Source: the human T2T-CHM13v2.0 reference genome, Homo sapiens | Strand: one strand, 5' to 3' | NCBI RefSeq assembly: GCF_009914755.1 | Contig: NC_060927.1 | Length of the DNA: 64,000 bases | Part shown: positions 17,338 to 30,944 of the stretch, in pieces | How positions within the stretch are numbered: the first letter of the stretch is position 1 | How the letters are laid out: the number at the start of each line of letters is the position of its first letter | Notes under the pieces: generated by a model | What the model saw: the letters and a program-made list of their open reading frames with translations, nothing else | Told to the model about the DNA's origin: nothing | Databases searched by the model: none | Position numbers and translations under genes: made by a program

Positions 17338-17858
17338 AAAACTGCATACTTTGTGACTTGATAATTCTACTTCTTGCAGCATTTCCTAAGGATATTTAAC
17401 CAGAAAAGGAGGGGCAGGGGTGTTTTTCTCATCATTTTCTTATCTCCTGACAAATCCTGTCTTTCAAAAGAAAAATAAATCCAACTCCAAAACCCCTGAA
17501 TTATAACATGTTGCTTTTTTGAAGCTTCTTGGAGAGATGGCAAGGGAGATGCAATACACAGCAAGACTAATTGAAAATCCTCTTTGGGCATTCCCTCTTC
17601 CAAAGGCTCACACATCACTTGAGTAACTCACATACAAATTTCTCTTTCCAAAAACCAGCATCTCCATCGTTCAGACAACTCCTCCCAAATTTCCCATGTT
17701 TTCTTTCTTGAATACCCACTTGTCTTTTTGAAAAAGTAAATGAATTTAGCTCATTTTTCTCCTTCCAATTCTTCTCTTTACCCATTATCCTCATCAGCAC
17801 AGAAAATCAAGCAGCAAAAGCCTTAGAATACAAGGTGGGGGGAATAGGCTTGCATACT

Positions 17859-17877
17859 CACACACACACACACACAA
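17859..17877 (+). repeat. (CA)n microsatellite
   Basis: cacacacacacacacaca. Confidence 0.85.
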
Positions 17878-17899
17878 AATACCTATCACTCACAATTTC

Positions 17900-18290
17900 T
17901 TAAAGACACATAAATATTTATGTAGCTGTATGTTTTTTACAGCATTCTGTAAATAGTGAAAAATTAGAAACAGGATCTCAAGAATTATTTGAATAAATTA
18001 CACCAAATCCTTATGATAGAATGTCATACAGTTGTTAAAAATTGTGTTTTCAACTGATTTTTCTGTCTTGGAAAATGTGTATGCTAAAATATTAAGTGGA
18101 AAATAAAAGCAAGATAAAATCTGAACAAACATTATACTTCCAAATATAAACAATTATATGCATCTTTACATAGGAAGAAAAAAGGTACTATACCAACATT
18201 TTAAGAGTGATTATTTTTGGATTAGGGGATTATAAACACATTTTGTTTTATTGAATTCTTTTTGTATATTTCTAGTTTTCTAACATTTTC
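17900..18290 (+). mobile_element. L1ME-like 3' relic
   Basis: 'cagcattctgtaaatagtgaaaaattagaaaca..gaataaattacacc' is degenerate L1 ORF2 end/3' UTR. Confidence 0.55.
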
Positions 18291-18429
18291 CATCATATTT
18301 ACTGAGGGTCTTCCAAGTGCCAGTACCACTCCAGAGGCTGGAGACAGAGCCATAGACAAGCTGGAGACAGTCCATGCCCTTTTGGGTAAAGCATTTTTTA
18401 ATGCAATAAACTCTTTGAGAGTAGTAATA

Positions 18430-19378
18430 TACACCTGTGTTTATCTTTTTGCCCAGCATTCATTCACCCTTCTTCTAATAAAACACTATTCTAATTTCTC
18501 ACTCGGAAACCACTTCTTTCTCATCATCTGCTGGGTTGTTTATGGGGAACTGACCCACTCCAAGCTCCAAGAGGTGATGTCGTCTGAATGCTTGTTTCAG
18601 CCTAAAATGTTGAAATCTACTTCCCAATGTGATAGTTTTAGGAAGTGCGGCCTTTGGTGGATGATTAGGTGAACAGGATTAGTACTCTTATAAAAGAGGC
18701 CCCAGAGAACTGCCTTCCCTTCTACCATGTGAGGAACCAGACAGAAGGTGCCACCTGTGAACCAGAGACTGGGGGTTCACCAGACACCGACTGTGACAGC
18801 GCCTTGATCTTAGACTTACCAGTGTCTAGAACTGTAAGAAATAAACTTCAGTTGTTTAAAACCTACCCAGTTTAGCGTATTTTGTTAATAGCAGCCTGAG
18901 TGGACTGAGACAGGCCCAAGCCCTGACTGGCTTAAGCCATCAATCTCCCCAACTCACAGTAGCAACAATGATAGATTTAAGGAGAAGCCTGTGACTTAAT
19001 AAGCCAGTTGAATCCAATTGTGTAAGGCCGTGCAGCCCAGACTCATCTGATGAGTGAGAGAATGACTTCCAGGATGTGCAGTAGCTATGCAGCAACAATG
19101 TTTATTCCTATGAAGTTCATGGTTTAAGGACATGAAGTCAGAAATTTTTGCAGCCACATAGGGACTCCCTAGAATGGCAAGAAGGGCAACTGTGCCTAAT
19201 GACACTATAAAGGAAATCAGATCCTGGGGAATGACATGCTTTGGCCACCTGAATGAAGCCTTGCCTGAAGCCATACTTTGAACTTTTCCATTACCTGAGC
19301 CAATAAATCCTTTTATTGTTTAATCCAATTTAAGTTAGTTTTCAGTTGATTATAACCTAAAGAAATCTAGCTGATAGA
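18430..19378 (+). mobile_element. Old ERVL-type LTR (LTR16/LTR33-like) with nested MLT1A
   Basis: 3' end 'ttgcctgaagcc..ttacctgagccaataaatcc..aagaaatctagctgata'. Confidence 0.6.
18575..18912 (+). mobile_element. MLT1A-like solo LTR
   Basis: 'tgttgaaatctacttcccaatgtgatagt..gaactgtaagaaataaacttcagttgtttaa..atagcagcctgagtggactgagaca'. Confidence 0.85.
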
Positions 19379-20572
19379 CCTATATAAAGCTAACTGCTGG
19401 GTGCAGTGACAAGCACGCTGGCTTAAGACTTCAGAGACCTGAGTGCAAGGTCTCACTCTTCCCTTAAATGGCAGCATTAGTTAGGGAAGTCCCTACTCCA
19501 CTCTGAACCCAGCATCTGCAGAATGAAGTAGCTGGAATAGAACAGGATTTTCCAAACTCTAGTCAAGCAGACCAGGCTGGTCAATGAAAACATGTCTACC
19601 AGTCCTCAGTTTTGAAAGAAACATAAGGAATGGCTGTAAGTTTTCATAAAGTTACATGTATTTTATTTAAAGGACTACCCTTTATTGTAAGACTATAAAA
19701 GTATAAGGATAATGTTTATTTTATTTGTATTTTATGCTCTCAATTGATGAAAGTAGAAATCATAAACTTTCTATAGTTCTTTCTGATTTAAGTCATCCAA
19801 TTGTTTCTCCTTCATGAAATCTCAAAATCTGGAGATCCTTAGGCCAGATAATATTCTAAGGAAACCTCTAAATAATTTTTTTAGATTCAATAACTTTTCT
19901 ATTTTATAGGGATATGTATTCAACACATGCAAATAATTTAACAGAATTCAATGCAATTTAAAAAGTAATTATAAAATACTTAAAGTTAACCATAGTTATC
20001 TGGATGCTGAAGACACAAATGTCAGAGAACCATTCCCTATGGAAGGAATTTTCTTTTTCTTTAACTTAAGGAAGGAAGGGGTTGGTTGTGTTGTGCTTAT
20101 TTCCTTTTTCATTTAGGTGTAGATATTGTAAATGTTGTCAAAAGTTCTTCCTTTGTAATTCTTTAAAATCCATAATTATCAAAAGGCTGAGAATCTAATT
20201 TTCATTTCCATACAGTTGTCCCAAGAGAACAGTTGACTATTTTTCTTCACAGAGGAAATCCTCTCCACAGCTACAAAATCAGTATCTACTTCTCTAGGGG
20301 CTTTATTCCACATTCCTGGAGTGAGTTTTAGAAAGTTGGTTTAGAAAGTTATAAATCTTTTTTTGTTTCCCTGAGATAATTGTCTGAATGTTAAGATTTA
20401 CTAATATGTTTCTCGGCCTTTATCCATGGCTTGCAATCCTCATCACATCATGACTTCATAGGCAACTCCTTTTTAATTTTAGCTTACTTTGGAGGTAAGG
20501 GAAACTCCAATCTAGGGGATAAGATAAAAATCATGGAAAGATGGCAAGCAGGTACTCCTGAAGTGACAATTC

Positions 20573-20867
20573 TTTTTTGGTGTTTTTTTTTTTTGTTCTT
20601 TTGAGACAGAGTCTCGCTCTGTCACCAGGCGTGATCTCCACTCACTGCAACCTCCATCTCCCGGGTTAAAGCGATTCTCCTGCCTCAGCCTCCCGAGTAG
20701 CTGGGATTGCAGGTGTGCGCCACCATGCCAAGCTAATTTTTGTATTTTTAGTAAAGACGGGGTTTCACCATGTTGGCCAGAATGGTCTTGATCTCTTGAC
20801 CTCGTGATCCGCCCACTTCAGCCTCCCAAAGTGCTGGGATTACAGGTGTGAGCCACCACACCCAGCC
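20573..20867 (-). mobile_element. AluSc-like with small internal deletion
   Basis: 'gtcaccaggcgtgatctc' lacks the tggagtgcagtggc segment; 'atggtcttgatctcttgacctcgtg' Sc diagnostics. Confidence 0.92.
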
Positions 20868-21009
20868 TCCTGTAACAACAATTCTGCCATCAAAAGACAA
20901 ATCCCACCAGCCTACAAAGAAGGGAAAAGGACACTGAAACTCTACAATTGATTTTAATTTAAGATTCAACTTGGTTCTGGATCTGAGGCCATAAGAGCTA
21001 TATTTTTAA

Positions 21010-21400
21010 TGTTTTTCTTAATTTATTTTTTTGAAATTTGGAAGCAATCACAAGTTACAGAGTTACAAATAAGGTACAAAGAGTTTTTTCTCTGAACCAT
21101 TTGTGAGTCAGTTGTCCACCTGATGTTCTGTTGCCATGCAGTGGCTTTCCTAGTATTAAGGATGCCCTCTTACATAACCACAATAAAACCACTGAAAGCA
21201 GGAAACTAACAAGGATATCTTACTACCATCTAATCCTCAGATCCCATTCAAGTTTCACCAATAGTCCCAATAATGCCAATTATGACAAACTGATCCATTT
21301 CAGAATCACATATTAGATTTAGTTGTCATGTTTCTGTAGTCTGGAAAAGTTGCTCAATCTTTCCTTGACTTTCATTGTCAACCTTTCCTTGACAATATTT
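21010..21400 (-). mobile_element. L1MC/ME-like 3' UTR relic
   Basis: 'tacataaccacaata..cccattcaagtttcaccaatagtcccaataatg..tttagttgtcatgtttct'. Confidence 0.6.
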
Positions 21401-21409
21401 GAGAGCTGT

Positions 21410-21590
21410 GCAAAGAGTGTATGCTGTGAGGCTCTGCCTGTCTGGCTTTGCATTTCCTGGCTGTGTGTCCCTAGGTGAGCCACTTCACTTCTCTGGGCTT
21501 TTGGTTCCTCACCTCCAAAGTGGGAATGGCAGTGCCCACTAGAGAGTTATTATAAAGATTACAAATGAGCATCAGCATACTACGGCACCT
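21410..21590 (+). mobile_element. MIR
   Basis: 'ctgtgtgtccctaggtgagccacttcacttctctgggctt'. Confidence 0.6.
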
Positions 21591-22639
21591 AGTTAGAAGA
21601 TCATAAATCTCCCCTCCAGCATGGGAGCTGGCACAGTGAGATCAGCACTGAGATTTTCAGAGTTTTCTGACATTGTGAGCTTTACTGTTACTTTAGGCAC
21701 ATTTGGTTTTCTGAACATGGTGCAACCAGAGGGCCCATGGCTGACCATACCTTTTGATAAATCTTGTGTTTGCATTTGAGAGCCACAAGCAGGCCCCATC
21801 AATGAAAGAAAAGCATTCTGCGTGCCACACCACATGAAAAACAGCTTCAAAATGAGTTATAAAGGAAAATGTGTTCCCAGATGGCATGGGAAGAACATTT
21901 CATGGTCAAGCCAGACACCTCTGTTTGAGGTTTAAGGGTCTTATCAACCAGCCGAAGCAGAGATGGTAACACAAGAGAACAGAACAGAATGGAACGTAGC
22001 AAAGGAAGGAAACTCCAAAGTTGGCCTGTCGCTCCTGGATGAAAGGCTAAGTCGTCTGCTAACATGCAGCCTGTGGTTAGCTGGATGTCAACGCTGCAGA
22101 CATGGGGGATGACCTCACTGGAAAACAGAATGACGACCCTCCTCGGCCTCGGGAATATGTGCACTAGACAAATGATCTCGACTCAGCTAAGCTAACTTAC
22201 AGATGATATAAGCCCAATCAGTTCCTCGTTTTTCATGCTAATAGATGGAGAGTCAGCCTGGGGAGGGGGAATGAATGAGGGTGGCTGCTGGCCAAGTCCC
22301 CTTCAGAAGATCCCACTAGCCAACAGAGTCTCCTTGAAAAGATTTTCTTGTCCCAGAGAGCGGCCAACTTTTGTGAACTTGAGCAATAGTCATCATAACA
22401 AAATTCTAGGTTATCAAAGCAGGCATATGGTCCTAGAGCTTGCTGCCATGGAAAGTGACTTCTGACTCCACACAACAAGAAGGATATGGGTTTGCAATGG
22501 ACTCAGAGACACTTCTTGAAGGCTCCTCGCCTCAGATCTGAGCACCTCTGTCACTCACCCATGGCTGCTCTTCCAACCGCTGATACCTGAGACCTGACTG
22601 CATGTGAAGTTAGCAAAACAGCAAAACTTGGCATCACAG

Positions 22640-22880
22640 TCCTGATACAAGCTTTTTACAGTTCACAAAGTGTTTCCACATTCATGATCTCATCTGTCCC
22701 CACTCCGTGAGGTAGGCTGGCCATGTATTGCTCTCTCTCTCTCCCTTCAGAGACTAAGAAATTGAGGCTCAGAGAGGCTAAGTGATGAGCCCCAGAACAC
22801 ACGGCTAGGTAATGGGAGAGCTATGATTTGAATCCAGGTCTATGACCAGAGTCCATGCCCTCTCTATTATGCCACAAGTG
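22640..22880 (-). mobile_element. MIR
   Basis: 'aagaaattgaggctcagagaggctaagtga..gatttgaatccaggtct'. Confidence 0.75.
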
Positions 22881-24019
22881 TCTTACTTCAATTAGTGAGG
22901 TTTACGCTGTCATTTTTTTTTTTTTTAAGAATTGAATCACTACTATCACCTGAGATCTCAGATGTGGCTGAAAAACAAAATTATGAAAGTCATCCTGATG
23001 TGCTAGTTAAACGTGAGGTCCCTGGAGCAAGCCAGTTGGGAATTTGAAGGCCATCAGTTACCATATACCCTTGGCTCACCAAAAACAGCCTCAGCATGAC
23101 TGCTGATTAGAAACTTAAAAGGAGGACGACGGGATGAGAGTAAAGTGGAAATCTAATGGGAGTTACCAGCAGGGTTGTACTCCTGTCCCCACATCCCTTT
23201 GTGGCTGGAGTGACCCGCCCTTGGTAAATTGAGGTAAATCCTCCAATGTGTTGGCAAGACCCCCAGGCAATACATTCAAACACATTCATTATCATATGGA
23301 AAAGATGCATGTGTGTTTAAAAAGTCAGGTTCTTTAACTTCTATGACTCTTACAACTTCCTAAAGGCCCCCAGGCTCTTTGCTGAGCTGAAGAACCAAAT
23401 TAGGCTTAATATGATCTAACGTGAAGGTCTGAATTATGCCTTGAATATACTTTCAGGGAGATGAAAGGACCAATATGCTTATAAAGTTCTATTACTCTTT
23501 AAAAAAAGACATTTAAAATTTTGGAAGTACCTCCTGGCTAGGGAAAGGATTAGATGCCCGGCTTTCAGTTCATTACTTCTAATATAAACACCCGGTATGC
23601 CCAGTGTTTTGCATCAGCTGACTGTCTTTACACAAACCGAACATGTGCAGGGCCTTGGGCCTTTGTCTCTGAAGTCGGTTTAATGACTAGGGCAAAGTGA
23701 GATGTTTTGTCTGATTAAAGGCTCAGCTCTTCAAAGCCATACCTTCTTCCATTTGGGAAACGACAATGTTTATGGTTCCCGTGCCCAGTTGGTGGATGGA
23801 TGGAGTGGGTAATGAGCAAATCTCTGTGCCTGAAAATAGCAGTCCTGGTTAAAAAAAAAAAGAGAAGAGGTCCACTGGCCCATATGCTGGGCAAATCGCC
23901 CCTGACTCTTCCATATAATGGAAGCCCAATGGCATATAAGTCCTTATTGCCTTATTGGGTGCTATCTATCAGGCACAGGCACCAGTTGCATGAGTAAAAA
24001 TAAATGCAAAGGCATGCTG

Positions 24020-25060
24020 CTTGTATTTTTAAAGTATTTCTAATTTTAAAAGTAACATGTTTATTACAGAAATTTGAAAACTACAGAAAAACAAAACCAA
24101 GAAAAATCACCCATGATCTTGGAATCTAGGGATCAACCTATTATTGTCTTGCTATGTATGTTTGTATTATTCTCCAAGTGTTTATTATAAGCATTTAAAA
24201 AAAATGTGACCCTGTAGACTTTGTAGCTTTGATTTTTTTCACTTGTCTATATATTGTGAACGTCTTTCTAAATCAATAAATATAGATCTATATCATCATT
24301 TTTGATAATTCTATCATGTGGATATATTATTTATTTTAATTTAATTAACCAATGTGCAATTATTGGACATGTAAGATGTTTTCAATTTTACAGTATTACA
24401 AAGGGCTAATTAAAAAATATTCCTGTACAGGAATCTTTTCTGAGTATTTCCTCTGGATAAATTTGTACAGGTAGAATTGTAGGATCAAAGGGAATACACA
24501 TTTCTGATTTGACATTTACTGTTAAGTCAGCAGTCACTCACACTTGGTACCAGCAATATATCTGGGTTCTTTTTTTTTTTGCATTCTGATACACGCAAGA
24601 TACCGTTTTCATGTATTTTTTTTTCAATTTTAGAAGGAGAATGATACTGTTTTTCTGACTGGCTTATCCGAGTCCACATGAAGATAAACATGCTTTAACT
24701 GTGTGGATTAGCCATCAATAGTCTCCTTATTGAAAATTTCTTATTCAAGTTTTTGTTTATTTTCTATTGGGAAAAATAAGTTGTTGTATGGAAAGTTATA
24801 GTATTCACCCATCACATACATTTGTCATTGTCATTTGTTTCTGCTCATTGTGATTTTTTATGTACTACGTTTATATAAATATATCTTTATAACTCTACAT
24901 TTCTTCATGGTTTTTGTGTTGGCTCCTATGCTGAAAAAGGCTTTCTCCATCCCAAAGGCAGAGGGTAGCTTTTATTGCTTCCAATTTTAAAAATATTTCC
25001 TTTTTTACATTTTATACTAATTCACCTGGATCTTAATTTTGTCATTTATATTTTTAAAGA
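24020..25060 (-). mobile_element. L1ME-like relic
   Basis: 'tggacatgtaagatgttttcaattt..tagaattgtaggatcaaaggg..aaaggctttctccatccc' antisense old L1. Confidence 0.65.
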
Positions 25061-25637
25061 GTAATAATGGCAAGATATCTTATAATTTATAAAACTATTG
25101 ATCAAGAAAGGTAAGATAGTGTTCAACTCTCCCTTTCTCTGGCAGCAAAAAGACAAACTATCATGATACAAATGCAAAAGAGGCCAGACCGAATACGGCT
25201 TCTGTATTGCACTAAGATGATGTGCCCTTAATGAATTAACTGTTAATTCATTGTCATGCTAAAAATCACCTCAGCAATGGGGATTGACACAATTTGATCC
25301 ATTAGCAAGAAAGAGTGTCCCTATGAACATGAAGAGCCGAGAATTACAGTGTTCAGTTACCTTTCATACCTCTGAGCAGTCTTCTTGAGACATGAACGGG
25401 TCAGAGAGAAAGCTGTGCATTTGTGGAATAGGCTGACCTGTGTTGGACGTGTGATGAAGCAAAGTCAGTGAGGACATCCTGAAACGAAAGGACTTGAGCA
25501 GAACTTGGAAGACTGGGTGGATGTCATTGGGTAGAACAAAGGGAAAAGGAAATCAGGCAGGAAACCAGAGTGAGTGAAGATACAGAGAAGAGGGCCTGAC
25601 AGTGACGAAGTCCATGATCCTGAAGGGAGTTTACTGG

Positions 25638-25937
25638 TTTTTTTTTTTTTTTTTTGAGACAAAGTCTTGCTCTGTCACCCCGGCTGCAATGCAGTGGTGC
25701 GATCTCAGCTCACCGCAACCTCCACCTCTCAGGTTCAAGCAATTATCATGCCTCAGACTCCCAAATAGCTGGGATTACAGGCGTGCATCACCAGGCCTGG
25801 CTAATTTTTGTATTTTTAGTAGAGACAGGGCTTTGCCATGTTGGCCAGGCTGGTCTTGAACTCTTGACCTCAGGTGATCTGTCTGCCTTGGCCTCCTAAA
25901 GTGCTAGGATTACAGGTGTGAGCCGCCGCACCTGGCC
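25638..25937 (-). mobile_element. AluSx-like
   Basis: Full dimer with poly-T; 'gacctcaggtgatc'. Confidence 0.95.
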
Positions 25938-26049
25938 TGCAGGCAGTTTATATTTTACTCAATGTTTAGACAGGTTTTACTACTCATTTCTGAACCTCAA
26001 TTTTCTGTAAAATAGGGAAACTATATGAAGAGTTTCCTTTAAAAATTTC

Positions 26050-26530
26050 AGCTAGCATTACTTAATCAAAAAATGAAAAGGGTATTTATTGATTTAGCTA
26101 ATAGAACAGTCCAGGTATAGTCTTCAGGAGTGGCTTAATCAGGGAATTTAAATGATATCAACAAGACCTGTGCTAACCATCTTCAGGTTCTGTGTCATCT
26201 CTGCTGGTTTCATGTCCTGACTCCATGTGATGGCAAAGTAAACAAACAGCAGCTCCCTACCTACATCTTTTTGGCTTTAATTCCAGGAACTACTCGGATT
26301 ATATTGGGTCATATGCCCGTCTGCAAGCCAATCCCTGTGGACTGTGGTCAGGGGGATAGAATATCCTGATTAGCCAGGCCTGGATCCTAAGTTTCATTCC
26401 TGGAGCCATGATGAAGGCCAACCCAAAACTCATAACCTGAGGGTCAAGGAATTGTGTTTCTCCAAAGGAAATGTGGGCTACTGTTCCCTAGAGAAGAAAG
26501 GGAATCTATGCTGATCAGGCTAAAACAACA
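26050..26530. mobile_element. Old MLT1 (J/K-like) LTR relic
   Basis: 'gtccaggtatagtcttcagg..ctgattagccaggcctggatc' motifs; subfamily and orientation uncertain. Confidence 0.45.
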
Positions 26531-27269
26531 CTCCTTTAGATCAGGAAGCTTAATATTTCTTGATTCTGTGATTAACCCTCTACAGTTGATGTATTAGGTA
26601 TCATCTATCCCCACATTACAGATGACAAAATGAAGGTTCAGAAATATTAAATTTCCCCAAGTTCTCCCAGTTGATAAAAACCATGGCCACAGGTCACACT
26701 TGTTCTTTCAACTCCAAAGCCAAACCTCAGTGAAAATATATCTCAGCCAAGGCTGCTTTCTATACCCGTCTTCTTTAGGATCAAGCCTGGGTCAGGCAGC
26801 TGCTGTGTCAACGTCTGAATGGCTGACCGGGACACACTGTGGTCACCTTCACTCTGCCCCCTTCTGACTATATCCTGAGGACAGACTGAATGAGCAGCCA
26901 GCTCTGTGTCTACTGGGGGTCTGTAGGGATTAATGACCCCGAGAAACTGACCTGACAGGTGTAAAAGGGACATTTCTAACTGTACCGCCTTCTGCTGTTG
27001 GCAATCTATTCAGGAGTCAAAATGAAGTAAGATGACAAATTAACCATTTTCCGCTCCTGTGTCACAAAGGTAATAAATCCAGTTTATCTCTCAGTTGATA
27101 TTGCCTACTAAAGAAAAAACTAAGCATTTCAATGGGTTGTGTAATGGTTGTTAGGCCAGTAACAGTTCAAAACTCTTACTTTCCAAAAAGATCCAATTCA
27201 CAATTGAACCTAATATGGGTGGTGGGACCTTAGTGTTACCAAATACATAACCCATAGTTACTTTCATGG

Positions 27270-27700
27270 CAGCAGGGTACAGCAGCCAAGAGCACTGATT
27301 TTACAATCAGATAGACTGCAGAGCTATTGCTGACCAGCTCTGTGATCTCCCTAGGCCCCCAGTTCATCATCTGTAAAATGGACATATGTAGAAGTACCTT
27401 CCTCACATAGTTGGCTGTACATCCATTTCTATTTTATGCTTCATTGATACTTATTATATCTAGCATGTGTCATGCACTGATCTAGGAGAAGGGGTACAGG
27501 GTAGGCCACATGGTCCAGCCTCTGCCTCCTTATACCTTGAAGCTTTTAAATAATGCTATTAATGCATCAAGATGATACTGAACATGCATATTAATCAATG
27601 AATGACCCATATACATCTAAAATTTCTAACAGTGATGAGTGTTGTAAAAAGGAGAAAGAAGGTAATATGACAGTGGATCATTGGGAAATGCGACCCAGTG
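27270..27700. mobile_element. MIR (+) followed by L2 fragment (-)
   Basis: 'cagttcatcatctgtaaaatgg'; 'tagcatgtgtcatgcactgatctagg'. Confidence 0.5.
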
Positions 27701-28428
27701 ATAAGATGACTAGGAATTAATCAGGCACAGAGGTAGATTGATGGTATCTTTCCCATCCCTTTGTATCTATCCTATCCTTGTCCTTTATAATGTGCCTGCA
27801 GCTCTTCTCATCAAGCAGTAGAGCCTAGTTCTCCATTTCATGAATCTGGGCTAATCTTGTAACTTACTCTGACTCTACTTCCCAGGCAAAGAGACAGGAC
27901 TATGGAACCAATATCCAGGAGAAATAATAGACCATAGAAATAAATCCAGAGAGCATTAGAAAATGGAATTCTTAGACATGGGCTTTTATTCAAAAAGATA
28001 ATATCAAAAATTTTAGCAGGCAACAGGAAATTATAAAATTGCATCAAATGGAAACTCTAAAACTCAACTATAAAGTAACTGAAATGAACAGTTTAACTGC
28101 ATTTTAGACACAACTGAAAAGTGAAGTGGAAGATCTCAGTGAGATAACTACAATGATGCCTGGAGAGATAGAAAAATGGAATGCAAATTCCACCAGAGAA
28201 CAGAAAGAGAGAATGCTTACTAGTGCATTCTATGAGGCTAAAATAGTCTTAATATCAATACCCAACAAGAGCATTATTGGAAAGAAAATTATAAGCCAGT
28301 CTCTCTCATGAACATAGATGCAGAAATCTTAAGTAAACAAAATCTACTGATTTATGAGAAGGATAACACATCACAGCCAACTTGGGTTTGTTCTAGGGAT
28401 TTATGGTTGTTTTAACATTTGAAAATCA

Positions 28429-28711
28429 GGCCAGGCACGGTGACTCATGCCTATAATCCCAGCACTTTGGGAGGCTGAAGCTGGCAGATCACTTGAGCCC
28501 AGGAGTTCAAGACCAGCCTGGCCAACATGGCGAAACCCCATCTCTACAAAAAATACGAAAATTAGCTGGCTATGCTGACGCACTCCTGTAGTCCTAGTTA
28601 CTCAGGAGGCTGAGGCAGGAGAATCTTGAACCTGGGAGGCAGAGGTTGCAGTGAGCCAAGATTGCACCACTGCACTCCAGCCAGGGTGACAGAGTGAGCT
28701 TAAAAAAAAAA
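28429..28711 (+). mobile_element. Alu (Sz/Jb-like)
   Basis: Full dimer; short TSD aaaat(c/t)a at 28422-28428 and 28708-28714. Confidence 0.93.
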
Positions 28712-30624
28712 TTAATCAATGTAAGTCATTGTATTAAAAGGGAAAAAATAAGCACCTCAATATATATTTCTAAAGTGCTTAATAAAATTCAGCACCTATT
28801 CATTATTAAAAACTCTTAGTAATCTAGGAATAGAATGTAATTACTGTCATCAAAGTATCTACATAAAACATATAAGATATATTATCATCAATGGCAAAAT
28901 GGTAAAAGCTTTCCTTCTGCAATGGGAAAAGAGACAGGAAGACCCATTAGTACCACTTGATTCTACCTTGTCCTAAGTATCATAGTCAGCACAAAGATGA
29001 AAGATAAATAATTACAATTTAAATGAGTAAAAAGTAGAAGTATTATTATTTACAGGTAAAATAGATATACATGTATAGAATCCAAAAGAATCTACAGACA
29101 AACTATTAGAATGAATTTATCAAGACTGCTAGATGCAAGGATAATATGAAAGGAATTTCTTGCTTTTCTATCAACAATTGACAGTTACCCAACATAATTT
29201 AAAACTTTGCCGTTTATAATAGAATTTAAAGCATCAAATACCTAGGGGGTAAAAAAAAAATCAAACAAATCATGTATAAGACATCCATACAGAAAACCAT
29301 AAAACAATGGGAGTTAAATTAAATGAGATCTAAATAACTTGAGGACTACACAAACGTGTGTAGTCTTCATAGATCAGAAGACTTAATATTTACAGAGATT
29401 GATTCCAGTGATCCATATAGTCAATGCAATCCTAATCAAAATCCCAGCTACTTTTGTGAAAATTGACAAACTGATTCTAAAATTTATGTGGAAATGCAAA
29501 GGGCAAAGATAAGCCAAGACAATTCTGATTTAAAAAGTGGGAAGATTTGCTCTACAAACGTTAAATGTGCAGTCCACAAGACAGGGTGGCAATGGCACTA
29601 GGACTGCCAAATCGGCCAACAGAGCAGAAAAGAGAGCCCAGAAACACAGCCCTACACGTGTGGACACTTGGCTCATGGCAAACTGGCACTGCAAATCAGT
29701 GCAGAGAGCCAGTTTCAATCAGTTGTGCTGGGTCAACTTTGCTTTCTACATAAAAAGTTATATGTTGTCCAAAAAGTTGTGCTGGGTCAGTTTGCTTTCC
29801 ATATTAAAAAAAAAAAAAAGAAGTTAAACACTATAAAACATCATACACAAAAATCAGTATTAGGTGGGTTGTAAAGCAAAAAGTAAAACAGTAAATGACA
29901 CAATATAGCTTCTAAAATACAATATAAGACATTCTATATATACATATAAGGCATTCTATGTATAGAATGTCTTCATGACCTTGGAATAGGGGAAAGTTAT
30001 TTAAACAGGACACTAAAAGCATTAATCACAAAGACAAAAAGGGGTGAAATGTACTCCATCAAAAGCTACCCTTATAAGAATGAAAATGTAACAGAATACA
30101 AGGTATTAACAACATATAATTGACAAGGTATGTATAGAGAATACATAAAGATATCTTTAAAAACAGTAAGATTACCTGATAGAAAAATTGCCAAAAAACT
30201 CTACCTCATCAAAGAGAATATCAAAATGGTCAATAAACACACAGAAATGTGCTCAACCTTTTTTGTAAACAGGAAAATATTAATTAAAATCACAATAAGT
30301 TTCCATGACACAATCCATCACAATGGCTAAAATTCAGAATTCATATAGTAGCAAGTGTTAGAATGGATGAGAACCAATGGGAACTCTCAGGTGCTGTCAG
30401 TGGGAGTATAAATTAATACAACAGTTTTGAAAATCCATTTGGCATTGATTACTGAACTTTATCATACAATTACTATATGACCCATTAATTCCACCCCTTG
30501 GCATATACTCAATAGAAGTGTGAGTGTGTACCTGAGGCACACGCAGGAATGCTCACAGAAGTGTTTCATGTATGCTCAGAGATGGAAACAACCCAAAAAA
30601 GTCTATCAACACTAAGATGCATAA

Positions 30625-30944
<320 letters not shown>

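Noticed and set aside
23907-23925. CArG-like palindrome cttccatataatggaag
   Set aside because: Seven A/T between CC and GG, so not a canonical CArG box
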